Shown here one piece after another: positions 24,183-36,344 of a stretch of 64,000 nucleotides of DNA. Position 1 is the stretch's first letter; each line of letters starts with the position of its first letter. Location of the stretch: positions 37,882,001 through 37,946,000 of the forward strand of contig NC_043008.1 in the NCBI RefSeq assembly GCF_006345805.1, read 5' to 3'. The stretch comes from Octopus sinensis. Lineage: Eukaryota. A program made the position numbers and the translations under genes. The notes beneath the pieces were generated by a model. It did not search any database. It was not told the origin of the DNA and saw nothing but the letters and a program-made list of their open reading frames with translations.

Positions 24183-24470
24183 TTAATCCAAACATGAAAA
24201 CACAAAGAGAAAACACAACAACGCGAGGATGTGGAACAAATATAGTATTATTGGACGTTCAGGAAGGAAGGGAAGAAGGAGGGCTTTACGTTTCGAGCGG
24301 AGCTCTTCGTCAGAAACATAGGTAAAGGAAAGAGCCAGAGAAGGAAAGACGGAGGAAAAAAATCGCCAACGGTATAGAGAGAGAGAGAGAGGGAGGGTGA
24401 GAAAGAGAGAGAGTGGAGCACTCCGTTGGTTACGACAATGAGGGTCCCAACTGATACGATCAATGGAACA
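24183..24470 (-). mobile_element. PLE-type terminal-repeat mini-element embedded next to (TA)n
   Basis: Non-coding, abuts a TA microsatellite and contains a hammerhead motif. Confidence 0.6.
24283..24317 (-). ncRNA. Minimal type I hammerhead ribozyme motif
   Basis: RNA GUUU-CUGACGA-A-GAGC(UCC)GCUC-GAAA-CG-UA|AAGC: conserved core, 4-bp helix II, palindromic ACGU helix III, 4-bp helix I (one G.U). Confidence 0.7.
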
Positions 24471-24735
24471 GCTTGCTTGTGAAATTAACGTGCCAGTGAC
24501 TGAGCAATCCACAGACATGTATACCCCTAATGTAGTTCTCAGGGAGATTCAGCATAACACAGAGTGTGACAAGGCCGACCTTTTGAATTACAGGTACAAC
24601 TCATTTTTGCCAGCTGAGTGGACTGGAGCAACGTGAAATAAAGTGCCTTGCTCAAGGATACAATGCGTCACCGGGAATTGAACTCACGACCTTACAATTG
24701 TGAGCCAAATGCCCCTAACCACTAAGCCATGTGCC
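24470..24735 (-). mobile_element. SINE family D
   Basis: Reverse complement of ggcacatggcttagtggttaggg...gtgagttcaattcccgg...ccttgagcaaggcactttatttcacgttgctccag. Confidence 0.8.
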
Positions 24736-24769
24736 TTTATATATATATAAAAAAAATCCGAGTGAGATC

Positions 24770-25035
24770 GTCGCCAGTACTGCCTGACTGGCCCATGTGA
24801 AAAAATTCGAGCAAGGTCGTTGCCAGTACCGCCTGACTGGCCCCCGTGCTGGTGACACGTAAAAGCACCCACTACACTCTCAGAGTTGTTGGCGTTAGGA
24901 AGGCCATCCAGCTGTAGAAACTCTGCCAGATCAAGACTGGAGCTTGGTGCAGCCATCTGGTTTGCCAGCCCACAGTCAAACTGTCCAACCCATGCTAGCA
25001 TGGAAAGCAGACGTTAAACGACGACGATGATGATG
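24770..25035 (+). mobile_element. RTE-LINE 3' UTR fragment
   Basis: Shared tail ending catgctagcatggaaagcagacgttaaacgacgacgatgatg. Confidence 0.85.
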
Positions 25036-25816
25036 ATATATATATATATATATATATGTATATATGCCTGCATGCATGCATGTATGTTTGTATGTATGTA
25101 TGTATGTATAAGGAACCAAGGCATCTCAGTTTGCTTGAGAAGATACATCAAGCTAAATAAAGTCATGGCTGTGCATGCATACAAGCATTTCCCTTACATC
25201 CCCTTCTCAGCCAAATGATGCTCGTATTGTAGGCTTGTGGGTGCTGGTGCCACATAACAGTGCCTGAGCTGGTTCCACATAAAAGTGCTTGTGTCAGCTC
25301 CATGTAAGAGCACCCGTGCCACTTCCACAGAAAAGTCCCTTGAATTATAATAATGTATTCTTGAATTGTAATCTTGAGGAAAATCAAAATGTTACTGGCA
25401 TAACAAATCGAAGTACATCACATGTTAATCCAGTGAGTTTGGCCAACAGTAATGTACAATCCAAAGAAGAGGGTAAAGAAAGAAAGAAAGTGTTTAGCAC
25501 ATTTTTGATTACCAATTATAATTGTTTTTTAAGCACTCTGTTTTTAACACCATTGCATTCAAAAATTTCAAATGAAATATTGTGTCATATTTGCAACATT
25601 CCACAGAGAATTTTTGCATGCAACCGCATTAGACAGAGTATGATACTGAAACAGCTGTAAATGGTAAATAAAGATGTGCTAAACATTTTTTTGTTTTCTT
25701 ATTTAGATTACACACACACATACACACACATATACAGATTTTCCTTTTTGCGTAATTTCAACAATTTATTTGATGCACCCTGTATCTATCTGTCTATCTA
25801 TCTATCTATCTGTATA

Positions 25817-25861
<45 letters not shown>

Positions 25862-25957
25862 TATAGATACATACATACATACATACATACATATATTTAT
25901 ATATTCATAGATGGCTAGATATGTATACGGATGCATACAATCACACACATACACACA

Positions 25958-26005
<48 letters not shown>

Positions 26006-26494
26006 GCATATGTCAACATATATCTTATGAAGCTTAAGTAGAGCCAAACCATCTGTTAGAGTAAATGTCATCTAGAAATATGACAAATTTCAAGAAAGAA
26101 TGACACCTCTGCTGAATAGCCAATCTAGAAACCTTAAATGAGCATATATATATATTTTTAAATAGCATAGCTTTGCAGTGGAAATGCATATATGACATTT
26201 TCAGGTTGACATTTCTGTAGGAATATGAAGCCATATTTTGAGATTTTCTGTTATTGTGAATGTGCAGGAATAAGTTTAACCTGTAATATGCAAATGTCAT
26301 CTTGTTTTATGAAACATGAATTATGCTTGCTGTTGGATGTACAGTGGAAAATTGAGGGCTGTTCGTACCATTATGGACATTGCTCCAAGTTAAATGCAGC
26401 AATGTTAGGAATGAAGTTGTTAAATAAAAAGTGATTTGTCGATGATTTACCCTAATTCCCTCTGGCAGTATTCTTCACACACATGAACTTATTG

Positions 26495-26900
26495 TAGTGG
26501 CTGTGTGGTAAGTAGCTTGCTTACCAACCATGTGGTTCCGAGTTCATTCCCACTACGTGGCACCTTGGGCAAGTGTCTTCTACTATAGCCTCAAGCCGAC
26601 CAAAGCCTTGTGAGTGGATTTGGTAGACGAAAACTAAAAGAAGCCCATCGTATATATGTATATATATATGTATGTGTGTGTGTATTTGTGTGTCTCTGTT
26701 TGTCCCCCAACATCGCTCAACAACCGATGGTGGTGTGTTTATGTCCCCGTAACTTAGCGGTTCAGCAAAAGAGACTGATAGAATAAGTATTAGGCTTCTA
26801 AAGAATAAGTCCTGGGGTCGATTTGCTCGATTAAAGGCAGTGCTCCAGCATGGCCGCAGTCAAATGACTGAAACAAGTAAAAGAGTAAAAGAGCAAAGAG
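26495..26900 (+). mobile_element. SINE family A, full length
   Basis: Head, body, internal microsatellite and (AAAGAGT)n-like tail. Confidence 0.9.
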
Positions 26901-27299
26901 AGAGTAATACCCAGATGCACTACAACACACTGGAAAAGAGTAAAAGAGGGCAAAAATCAAAATGGCAATAAATCAAGTAAAGAAATGCTGGAATGATAAC
27001 CAATGTTGCATGCACAGAACACAGAATAAAACACAAGAAGTGAACTGTAAAACATCTTTAAAAAGGAAAGGATACATAGGCACCATAGGTGCATAGGCAT
27101 AGATTTGGCAAATTTTGGAAAGCATGGAGGGTTCTTCGTTGACGCCCGATACCACTGGGAAGTAGCCCTTGAAGTTGCTGGAAATGGAGATCTCCAGGTC
27201 CAAATTCTTGAACGGCTGTGTCTGTGTCTGTGTATGTGTGTCTGTGTGTGTGTTTGTGTGTGTGTCTGTGTGTGTGCGTGCATGTGTGTGAAGAATACT

Positions 27300-28870
27300 G
27301 CTAGAAGGAATCAGAGTGAATCATTTTTGAAGAATGCAGGTGTCTTGACAGCCAATGTCTGTCAAGGTTTAAAAAAGGCATAAATTTGTACAACATAAAA
27401 ATGACTATTGACGTTGAGCATTGATGTAGAGGATGCTACAATTACCCTGAGCAGAGAGAAAATGATTGCTGAAAGGGACTACACGCCAGAGAAAGCATGC
27501 AATGTTGATGAGACTGAACTTTCCTGGAAGTGCATGACTGCTAGAACTTTTATTTCTTGAGAAGCAAAATCAACACTTGGATTTAAAGTTTCTAAATATC
27601 GTCTGACATTTCTTTTAGTAGGAAATGCTGTTGGTGATATGAAATTAAAGCTGATTCTTTAGTATCGCTCCAAAAATCTAAGGTCTTTCAAGGGTTCCAC
27701 AAAGTTTAATCTATTTCTGATTTTGTATTTAAATAAGACAGAATGGATGATGAAGAACCTTTTAAAAGAGTGGTTTACAAACACTTTTTATCCTACAGTA
27801 GAAAGGTACAGTTCCCGGTGTAATATTTCCAAAAAAGCATTGATTATTTTAGGCAATGCACCAAGCTACCCAGCAAACTCAGATGAACTTTCTGATAATG
27901 TGAGAGTAGAATACATCGATAAGAATGCAACTTCTTTGTTCTAGCCAATTAATCAAGATGTGATAGCCAACTTCAAGGCATATCATATAAGATAAACTTT
28001 CAAACAACTTATGAAAGCAACTGACAAGGAGTATAAGTGATTTTGGAAGAAATTGAACATAACATATGCTGTAGATAATATATATTTATTTATTGCCCAG
28101 AGGGGGCTAAACATAGAAGGGACAAACAAGGACAGACAAAGGTATTAAGTCGATTATATCGACCCCAGTGCGAAACTGGTTCTTTATTTATCGACCCCGA
28201 AAGGATGAAAGGCAAAGTCCACCTCGGCGGAATTGGAACTCAGAACGTAACAACAGACGAAATACCACTAAGCATTTCACCCGGCGCGCTAACGTGTCTG
28301 CCAGCTCATGGCCTTATGCTGTAGATAATATAGCTGAGGCATACGAATAAGTGAAACCATCAACTTTAAATAGTGTTTGAGAAAATATATGGTCAGACTG
28401 TATCCACTTTCCTTCAGCAAAAAGTCTACATAGAATTTCGAAGGATATTGTAAAACTTGCAAAAGATGTAGGATTTGAAGAAGTCATAGAGAACAGTTTG
28501 AGTGAGTTGCTAGTGTCTCAGAAAAGAAGTTTATCTAATGAGAAGCTGTTACAAAAAGAACAAGCTTTTCTTTTTGTACCGTTACAAAGAAATGTTATGA
28601 AAAGAACAAGCTGAGAATACAGAGGAAACAATGGAAGTTCCACCTACGAAACTTAAATTGACTACAAAAACTATTGCTAAAGGGTTAGCACTTACAAAGT
28701 CTGTAGATTTTTACTGATAATGATCCTAATTGTTAATATAACATAAAAATTACAAGAGGAGGCTACAGCTGAGCTCAATTCATCTCTACAAAGAGATGAT
28801 GTGTTATAAACAACAAACGACTGAGGATAAGTTCTTCACCTCTCAATCTGATATTTACGACAGTAAACTA
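27300..28870 (+). mobile_element. Tigger/pogo DDE transposase pseudogene, interrupted by a SINE
   Basis: Decayed motifs NVDET(E)L.WK, RLTFLL.GNA.GD.KLK, KALIILGNAPSYP (LDNAP.HP-like), PINQDVIANFKAY, VKPSTLNSV. Confidence 0.88.
28083..28314 (-). mobile_element. SINE family B with 18-bp TSD inside the Tigger remnant
   Basis: TATGCTGTAGATAATATA at 28065-28082 and 28315-28332. Confidence 0.92.
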
Positions 28871-28879
28871 AGATAGTAA

Positions 28880-29153
28880 ATTCTGTTGTGTCTGAGGAGA
28901 GTCGCTTTCTTTTTGTGCCTTATGATGTAACACACTCACCGGCAAAATTTCCACTTTCTTCCTTATTTTTATTTTCCTAAAATTTTCGTTGCGTCTTGTA
29001 ACCTTTTCAATAGTTTTGACTCTTGAAAAGGTTGCAAGATGCAACGAGAGTTTTAGGAAAATAAAAATAAGGAAAAAAGTGGAAATTTTACCGCTGAGTC
29101 TGTTACATCATAAGGCACAAAAAGAAAATGACTCTCCCCAGATACAACAGAAT
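28880..29153. repeat. 274-bp imperfect palindrome (fold-back, MITE-like)
   Basis: Arms of about 130 bp are reverse complements with scattered mismatches around a loop of about 12 nt. Confidence 0.9.
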
Positions 29154-30452
29154 ATGCTTCAACACACGAATTCATATAAAGAATCTTGCAAACCAAATCC
29201 CAAAACAAAGTAAGATAGTAAATATTGTCCCTAATCCTCCAAGTAATGCTTGTTCCATCCCCATCCCTCATACAGTAGTCAATATCTTTAGAGCTAAGAA
29301 GGTATTCATACAGTAATATGTTTCTTATTAACTCCCCAACTTATTCCGCTTGAAATGTTTTTTTGTGTTTTCATGTATCTGTACTATGGATGGTTTAGAA
29401 GAAATAGATATTTTCATGTATGAAGGTGACTGTGTTTCTTGTTCTCTGTTGCGTTCTTGTGTTTCTTTTCTTTTCTTTTATTAGTTTTTTTTTAAAGTAT
29501 GTAGGAACACAATATCATTTGATAATATGAAAATCATTAGGAAAATTAATATCCCATTAGAGCATTTCATATTATGGCCAGATTTTCAGGTTCCATTAAT
29601 TCCATAATGCAAAGGCTTCATGTGTATGTGTATGTGTGTATGAATGTGCACACACACACACATACACGCGTTTTTAAGCATGTATTTAATTGCTGTTTTG
29701 TACACACAATTACATTCATTGAACCTTCAGCAAATCGTTAGTTATTTTATTTCCACAGGAAAGAGATAATAATATAAAGAACTGAATTAACTTCTATATA
29801 CTTGATATTTGTCTTCAAATTCCCTTAACTTGAGGCTAATTTAAAGTGGCTATATTTAAAAAAAAAACCCTACCATAGCAACTTGTGATTGCCTGTTGTA
29901 CAAAAGAAACGTTATCACATTAGATTTCAAGCAGTAGTGTGTTTTACAAAGGTAGGGGTAATATCCAATAAAACTTCGAAGTGAGAGCTCTTTCAAGAGA
30001 AACTACATTCACTTCTTTCTAAGGAAGTATGCATATCCCTGTTGACATAACCTAAATCTATATCACGCTATTTAATTCTGAAACATGTTCTGATTAAATC
30101 TGAAAAGCTTTCAATATGGAGGAATATCTACTATAACATTGGTTGTAGTAAATAAAATTAAATCTCTCATAAATGAATTCATTCTAATGAATTCTGTTTG
30201 TGATGCTGCACCATTCTAATGCTAGAAAGTTGGGCAAAGATTGTAATCCATTACTTTGGAAGTAAACATTCTCTACAGATTGTATGATTTTAATATAACA
30301 TTGCCATAAAATTTCCAACACTGCTTTTGTGCTGAGTACTTTTGCTTTTATTTATTCCTTTGCTCCTAGAAATTAGAAGGGTTAAGATCCCCCAAATAGT
30401 TACACACATTTTCTGGACTAAGCTTTATTTAGTATACACACATGTATGTATT

Positions 30453-30496
<44 letters not shown>

Positions 30497-31196
30497 TAAA
30501 ACTTACTTGGAAGAGGATGCGTGGCGTTCAGTCATATAACAATATAATAATATATATATAATTCTTTATATACATTTATATATATTATTTATATTATAGT
30601 GTGATTGAATGCCACACATCCTCTTCCAAGTAAGTTTTATGTTAATAATCCTGATGTGCACTCTATACAATCTTTTTACTCTTTTCTCTCTTTTTCTCTC
30701 TCGTATTCTTTTACCTCCTCTTCTCCTACTATTCTCTCCTATTACTCTGTCACTCTCTCTGCCTCACTCCTCCTCCCTTGCTCCCGTGGCTCCCACGTGA
30801 CCATCGGCCATCTTTCTTACTTTCTGTTGTAGCTGGAACAAGGAGGACGTGATCTTGTCTGTCTCCTGTCCTAGCTTGATTTACGTGTTTGCCACCACAG
30901 CCTCGTTTAGGCTTAGCATCCATTCTTGTTTGTTTTCACTGTCCTGTTTGTGTTACCAATTTTGACCCTCTACAAAATCCCACATTTTATTTAATTTGCT
31001 TTGTGGGAACAACTGTTTTAGCGAAAGTATATATTGTTCTTAAATGCGCAAAATACAAGACTAGAAAAGTAGCCAACAACTGATGAAGGGTTGTTCTTTA
31101 TGTTGTTTGTTTTGTTTTCCATTTGTGTCTTTCGTTGTTCGAAAGAATAGTTCATGTTCCATGTATCGTGCTTCGTCCTGTGCCCACATATGCATA

Positions 31197-31241
<45 letters not shown>

Positions 31242-31334
31242 AGTATGTACATATAAGTTGGTATATATGCATATATATATTATTTACATTATATTATATA
31301 TATATACATATGTATACATATTATTTATATTATA

Positions 31335-31365
<31 letters not shown>

Positions 31366-31703
31366 CACTATAAATAGCTATGCACAGTGTGATACCATAA
31401 ATATTCTCTCATCACTAAGTGTGACTAAGGGTACTGACACACCTACATTGCTAGAAATAAGAGTTAAAATGCTAAAATGCTGTTAATGATGATGTAGAGG
31501 AGCACAAACATACATGCTGATAGGGGAAGCAACCACCCATGCTGACTCGGAAAGTCCTCAGACTAGACATCTAGTTTCATCTGTTCCATAGACATCTTCA
31601 ATGAGGATCACGTGAATGGCACATGTTCAGCCAATTCCAGCTGCCAGCATATATGTATTAACCACAAAAATTTATGGATGATTTAACAGAATGCTACTGC
31701 ATA

Positions 31704-31739
<36 letters not shown>

Positions 31740-31744
31740 TGTAT

Positions 31745-32290
31745 GTCAGGTCACTTTAGAGTGTTACTGGTAACATGTAACCCAGTACAACCTGTTGCAT
31801 GGTCGGGTTGTCAGCGACTAAACCGGCAACCCCACCAAGCTTGCTTGCTTGGTGCGGAGGGTGTTTATTGGACACTCTGCGGGATGAAAAACAAAACCTG
31901 TCAAAGGGCAGAGGCATTTTTGAGAGTCAACGGCCATCCAATAAATGCCTTAAGGCTGTATCATGCACGGGGACAAATAATCGAACTGAATACCCAATCG
32001 CGTGGTTAAACCATTGGGAGTAAAGAACTCCTAGCCTTTGTTAGGGCATCCTTCTAGGAGAAGGTAACTCAGGTAACTGGGATAACTCCGACATAAAACC
32101 TGCAGCTCAGTGGTTACCGATGATGTTGACTTGTTCTTCTTTTTGGATTATGACTGCTGTTGCTTAGTGAGTGGGATTGACTCAGTGCACAGCCTTCCCT
32201 CACTTAAAAAAAAAAACTTCTTGCACAGGCATTGCACGGTAACAACATTGATTAAGCTTCGTGCAATGGCCAGACTCAATTAAGAGGGGG
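31745..32290 (+). mobile_element. Probable LINE (RTE-type) 5' UTR fragment
   Basis: GC-richer non-coding block containing ggcatccttctaggagaaggtaactc...aaacctgc, which resembles RTE 5' UTRs. Assignment from memory only. Confidence 0.4.
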
Positions 32291-32312
32291 CAGCTACCAT
32301 GTATGTATGTAT

Positions 32313-32730
32313 ATACTGGGTCATCCCATAAATAATGTGGTTTTTTTCAATTGCATGGACTAAAAGTTGGAGGGGGATGGGATAAACTACCTGCATCAAC
32401 TTGCTATAAAAGCAGGTAGTAATTTTAGTTTCTTCGTATTCTTAGTGCAAAGTTTGAAGAGTGTAGTTCGATTGTAACAGTTATTTTTTCAAAACTATAA
32501 TGCAAGTGACAAAGGAGCATGTTTGGCATATTTTTCCTTATTAGTTCAATAAAGGCAACAATGCAATGGAAAGTGCAAGGAATATTAATGCAGTATATGG
32601 AAATTGGACAATAAGCATAAGCCAATGCCAACGGTGGTTCTGGAAAATGCGAGCCAGAAACTTCAGCCTAGAAAATGAGCCTCTTCATGGAAGATCTGTA
32701 GAGCTTGATGAGGACAGTCTGGAAACATTG
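32313..32730 (+). mobile_element. Mariner 5' fragment (TIR plus N-terminal HTH domain)
   Basis: TA-CTGGGTCATCCCATAAATAATG end; reads MQVTKEHVWHIF..FNKGNNAMESARNINAVYG...QRWF...FSLENEP..GRSVELDED. Confidence 0.88.
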
Positions 32731-33559
32731 AATGGTTTGAGAGGGGCTGGGCAGCGAAAGAACTGCACCAAGTTCTACTGTCTGTTTTGGCATGGTTTCA
32801 CCATCTGGATGCCCTTCCCAATGCCAACCACTTTAGAGAGTGTTTTGGATGCTTGTCATCTATTAAAACATGGTGTGGCATTGTGGGAGTGTCATTTCAC
32901 TATGCGTGTATGTGAATATATATATCATCCTCATCATCATCATCATCATCATTTAACGTCCGTTTTCCATGCTAGCATGGGTTGGAGGGTTTGACCGGGG
33001 TCTGGTAAGCCATGAAGGCTGCACCAGGCTCCAGTCTGATTTGGCAGTGTTTCTACAGCTGGGTGCCGTTCCTAACGCCAACCACTCCGTGAGTGTAGAT
33101 GTATATATGTGTAGGAGTGTAGGAGTGTATATATATATATATAGTGTATATATATATATATATATATAATATATATATATATACACATATATGTATGTTT
33201 GTATGTAAATTAACCTCTTTGACTCAGTTATAATTATAACAACAAACCCTATAAATATAGTTCCCCAATGATTTTCAGCAGATGGCGTTTGATTGATAAT
33301 GAAGCTTAATAAACAATGACTGGTGTGGTCCAGCTGATCTTTCTTTGGCTATCAACAATGAGGTTGTATAATGAATACGCAAGACGTTTATGACTCTCCC
33401 ATGTATCTAATAAATCAAATATATTTAATTGCTTTATAAATACAATGATCATAAAGATCATTGAGTATAGTACATAGCAATCTCATGTGCATGACTGTGC
33501 AGTAAGAAGTTTCCTTCAATCGCAGTGAGTGATATGTTGGGCAAATGTCTTCCACTGTA

Positions 33560-33852
33560 GCCTAGTGGTTAGGGCAGTGGACTCGCGGTCGAGGGATCGC
33601 GGGCTCGAATCTCAGACCGGGCGATGTGTGTGTTTATGAGTGAAAAACCTAAGCTCCACGCAGCTCTGGCAGAAGGTAATGGCAAACTTCTGCTGACTCT
33701 TTCGCCATAACTTTCTCTCACTCTTCCCACTACATCTTGCAGTTCTCCTGTGACGGTCCGGCGTCCCGTCCAGGTCTGGGACCTATACGTCAAGGAAACT
33801 GGGAAACTGGCCCTTATGAGCCAGGCATGGCTCGAGAAGGAACAAACAAACA
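33560..33852 (+). mobile_element. SINE family C nested in a family A fragment
   Basis: tRNA-like head gcctagtggttagggcagtggactcgcggtcgagggatcgcgggctcgaatc, (AAAC)n tail; flanked by actgtagcct/actatagcct. Confidence 0.85.
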
Positions 33853-33889
33853 ACTATAGCCTCAGGTTAGCCAAATCCTTGTGAGTGAA

Positions 33890-34240
33890 AAGGTGCGTGG
33901 CTCAGTGGCTAGAATGTTTGGCTTTCAATCGTGAGGTTGTGAGTTCAATTCCCAGACCAAGCTGTGTGTTGTGTTCTTCAGCAAGACACTTTATTTCACA
34001 TTGCTCCAATTCACTTAACTGTTAAAATAAGTTTTAATGTCAATGGTGCCAAGCTGTATTGGCCTTTACCTTTCCCTTGAACAACATCAGTGGCATGGAG
34101 AGGGGGAGGCTGACTGATATGCCTGGGTGACTGCTAGTCTTCCACAAAATAATCTTGCTCAGACTTGTGCCACGATGGGGAACTTTCTATGCGCAATCAC
34201 ATAGTCATTCCTGACTGAAAGAGGTTTTTGCCCTTTTTTT
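33890..34240 (+). mobile_element. SINE family D
   Basis: Head ggtgcgtggctcagtggctagaatg...gtgagttcaattcccagac. Confidence 0.8.
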
Positions 34241-34269
34241 TTACCCTTTATATATATATATATACAAAT

Positions 34270-34676
34270 TAGGCATAGGAATGGCTGTGTGGTAAGTAGC
34301 TTGCTAACCAACCACATGGTTCCGGGTTCAGTCCCACTGCATGACACCTTGGGCAACTGTCTTCTATTACAGCCTCGGGCTGACCGAAGCCTTGTGAGTG
34401 GATTTGGTAGACGAAAACTGAAAGAAGCCCGTCATATATATATATATATATGTATGTGTGTGTATATGTTTGTGTGTCTGTTTGTACCCCCAGCATCGCT
34501 TGACAACCGATGGTGGTGTGTTTATGTACCCGTAACTTAGTGGTTCGGCAAGAGAGACTGATAGAATAAGTACTAGACATCCAAAGATTAAGTTCTGGGG
34601 TCAATTTGCTCGATTAAAGGTGGTGCTCCAGCATGGCCACAGTCAAATGACTGAAACAAATAAAAGAGTAAAGAGT
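34270..34676 (+). mobile_element. SINE family A, full length
   Basis: Same blocks as 26495-26900. Confidence 0.9.
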
Positions 34677-35029
34677 ATACATGTTTAGATATATGTGTGT
34701 GTGTGTGTGTGTTTGTGTGAGTCTAAATGCATGTATGCATGTATATGAGTGTCTTCTTCTCTTGACTTATATGATAGCTGTAAATGAATTTCACCATCAT
34801 ATAACATATCCGGCTGTGGGGGAAATTTTATACTTTGCTTGGAACGAGGTGAGGATTGGTGATAGGAAAGGCATCCAGTTGTATAAAATCTGTTTCAACA
34901 AATTCCATCTGACTCATGCCAGTATGGCAATCCAAGCATGGAGAATAGTTGTCAAAGGATGATGAGGAAATATATGCATTACATATCATCATCATCATCA
35001 TCATCGTCATCATCATCATCATTATCTTA

Positions 35030-35400
35030 TGTCCATTGTCTATGCTGGCATGGGTTGGACGGTTTGACTGGGGCTGGCATGTTGGAAGGCTGCACTAGAC
35101 TCCAGTCTGATTTGGCATGGTTTCTATGGCTTGATGCTCTTCCTCATGCCAACCACTCTTGAGAGTGTAATGGGTGCTTTTATGTGTTACCAGCATGGGT
35201 GCCAACTTGTGTGACACCAGTATCTGCCATGACTGCAATTTTGCTAGATTTGATGGGTCTTCTTCCCAAGCACAACATAATTCCAAGGGTTTGGTCATTG
35301 TCTCTGTGAGGCCCAACACTCATAAGGAGCTCAGCCACTTTGCCTCCATGAGGCCCAGCACTTGAAAGGTGCATCAAAGGTCTTGATCATTGCCTCCGTG
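35030..35400 (-). mobile_element. RTE-LINE 3' fragment
   Basis: Contains the end of ORF2 (LGLTETM) and the shared 3' UTR. Confidence 0.8.
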
Positions 35401-35510
35401 ACACTATTATACAATAGGATAGTATATTTACAAATGAGTGCAGATAAAGAAGGCAAGCTCATTAGATCACCAAAATATCATGGTTTCACCAATCCTTCAA
35501 CTCTAAGTAT

Positions 35511-35746
35511 ACCTATTTCTTTACTACCCACAAGGGGCTAAACACAGGGAGGACAAACAATGACAGACAAACGCATTAAGTCGATTATATTGACCCCAGT
35601 GCGTAACTGGTACTTATTTAATCGACCCCGAAAGGATGAAAGGCAAAGTCGACCTGGGCGGAATTTGAACTCAGAACGTAGCGGCAGACGAAATACCGCT
35701 AAGCATTTCACCTGGCCTGCTAACGTTTCTGCCAGCTCGCCGCCTT
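35511..35746 (-). mobile_element. SINE family B with TSD
   Basis: ccttcaactctaagtat repeated at 35494-35510 and 35743-35759 (partly overlapping the SINE end). Confidence 0.9.
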
Positions 35747-36344
35747 CAACTCTAAGTATTCCTTCTTATATATACAATGTATGGATGACCAATGCTAGAT
35801 AAAATTAGCTTGGTGTGGTCACTAAAAATAAATACAGATTATAAATATATTTCATACCATACCAATTAAAATGCTGAATTGCTAGATGTAGTGATATCAT
35901 GTAATATACATGCAATTTGCAGATGTTGTTGTGCTTAAGATTCTGTATCAGCAGAACAGAATGATACCAAACCTCCTTTTGTATTTTCTCTGTTGTAGGC
36001 TAAAAATATCCCCATTTCTGACTGAAGTCTTACTGCAATTAAAATCTCTTGCACAAAATCAGCTACATTCATAATTTTACTAAGCTTTATGCAAGGGAAA
36101 GGTGAAAAATGTAGCATTTTCCACACTTTGACCCACTGCTGCAAAGTCAGTCCAGGATATAAAATCAAGGACAAATGCAGTTTTTGCGAAAAATGAAGTC
36201 AGTGAGTTTACAAAGATTGCGACATGATTGGTGAAAATGAAAGGCAAACCTGAATCCAACTTGAGAATGCCCTGCAGAAAATACTTGGCTGATCAACAGA
36301 AACAGTTCTGTCCCTAAATTTTGTTGACCTATGTTGGCATCATC

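Noticed and set aside
31080-31150. CTGATGA...CGAAA as a hammerhead
   Set aside because: The intervening ~55 nt do not form helix II and no helix I/III closure was found.
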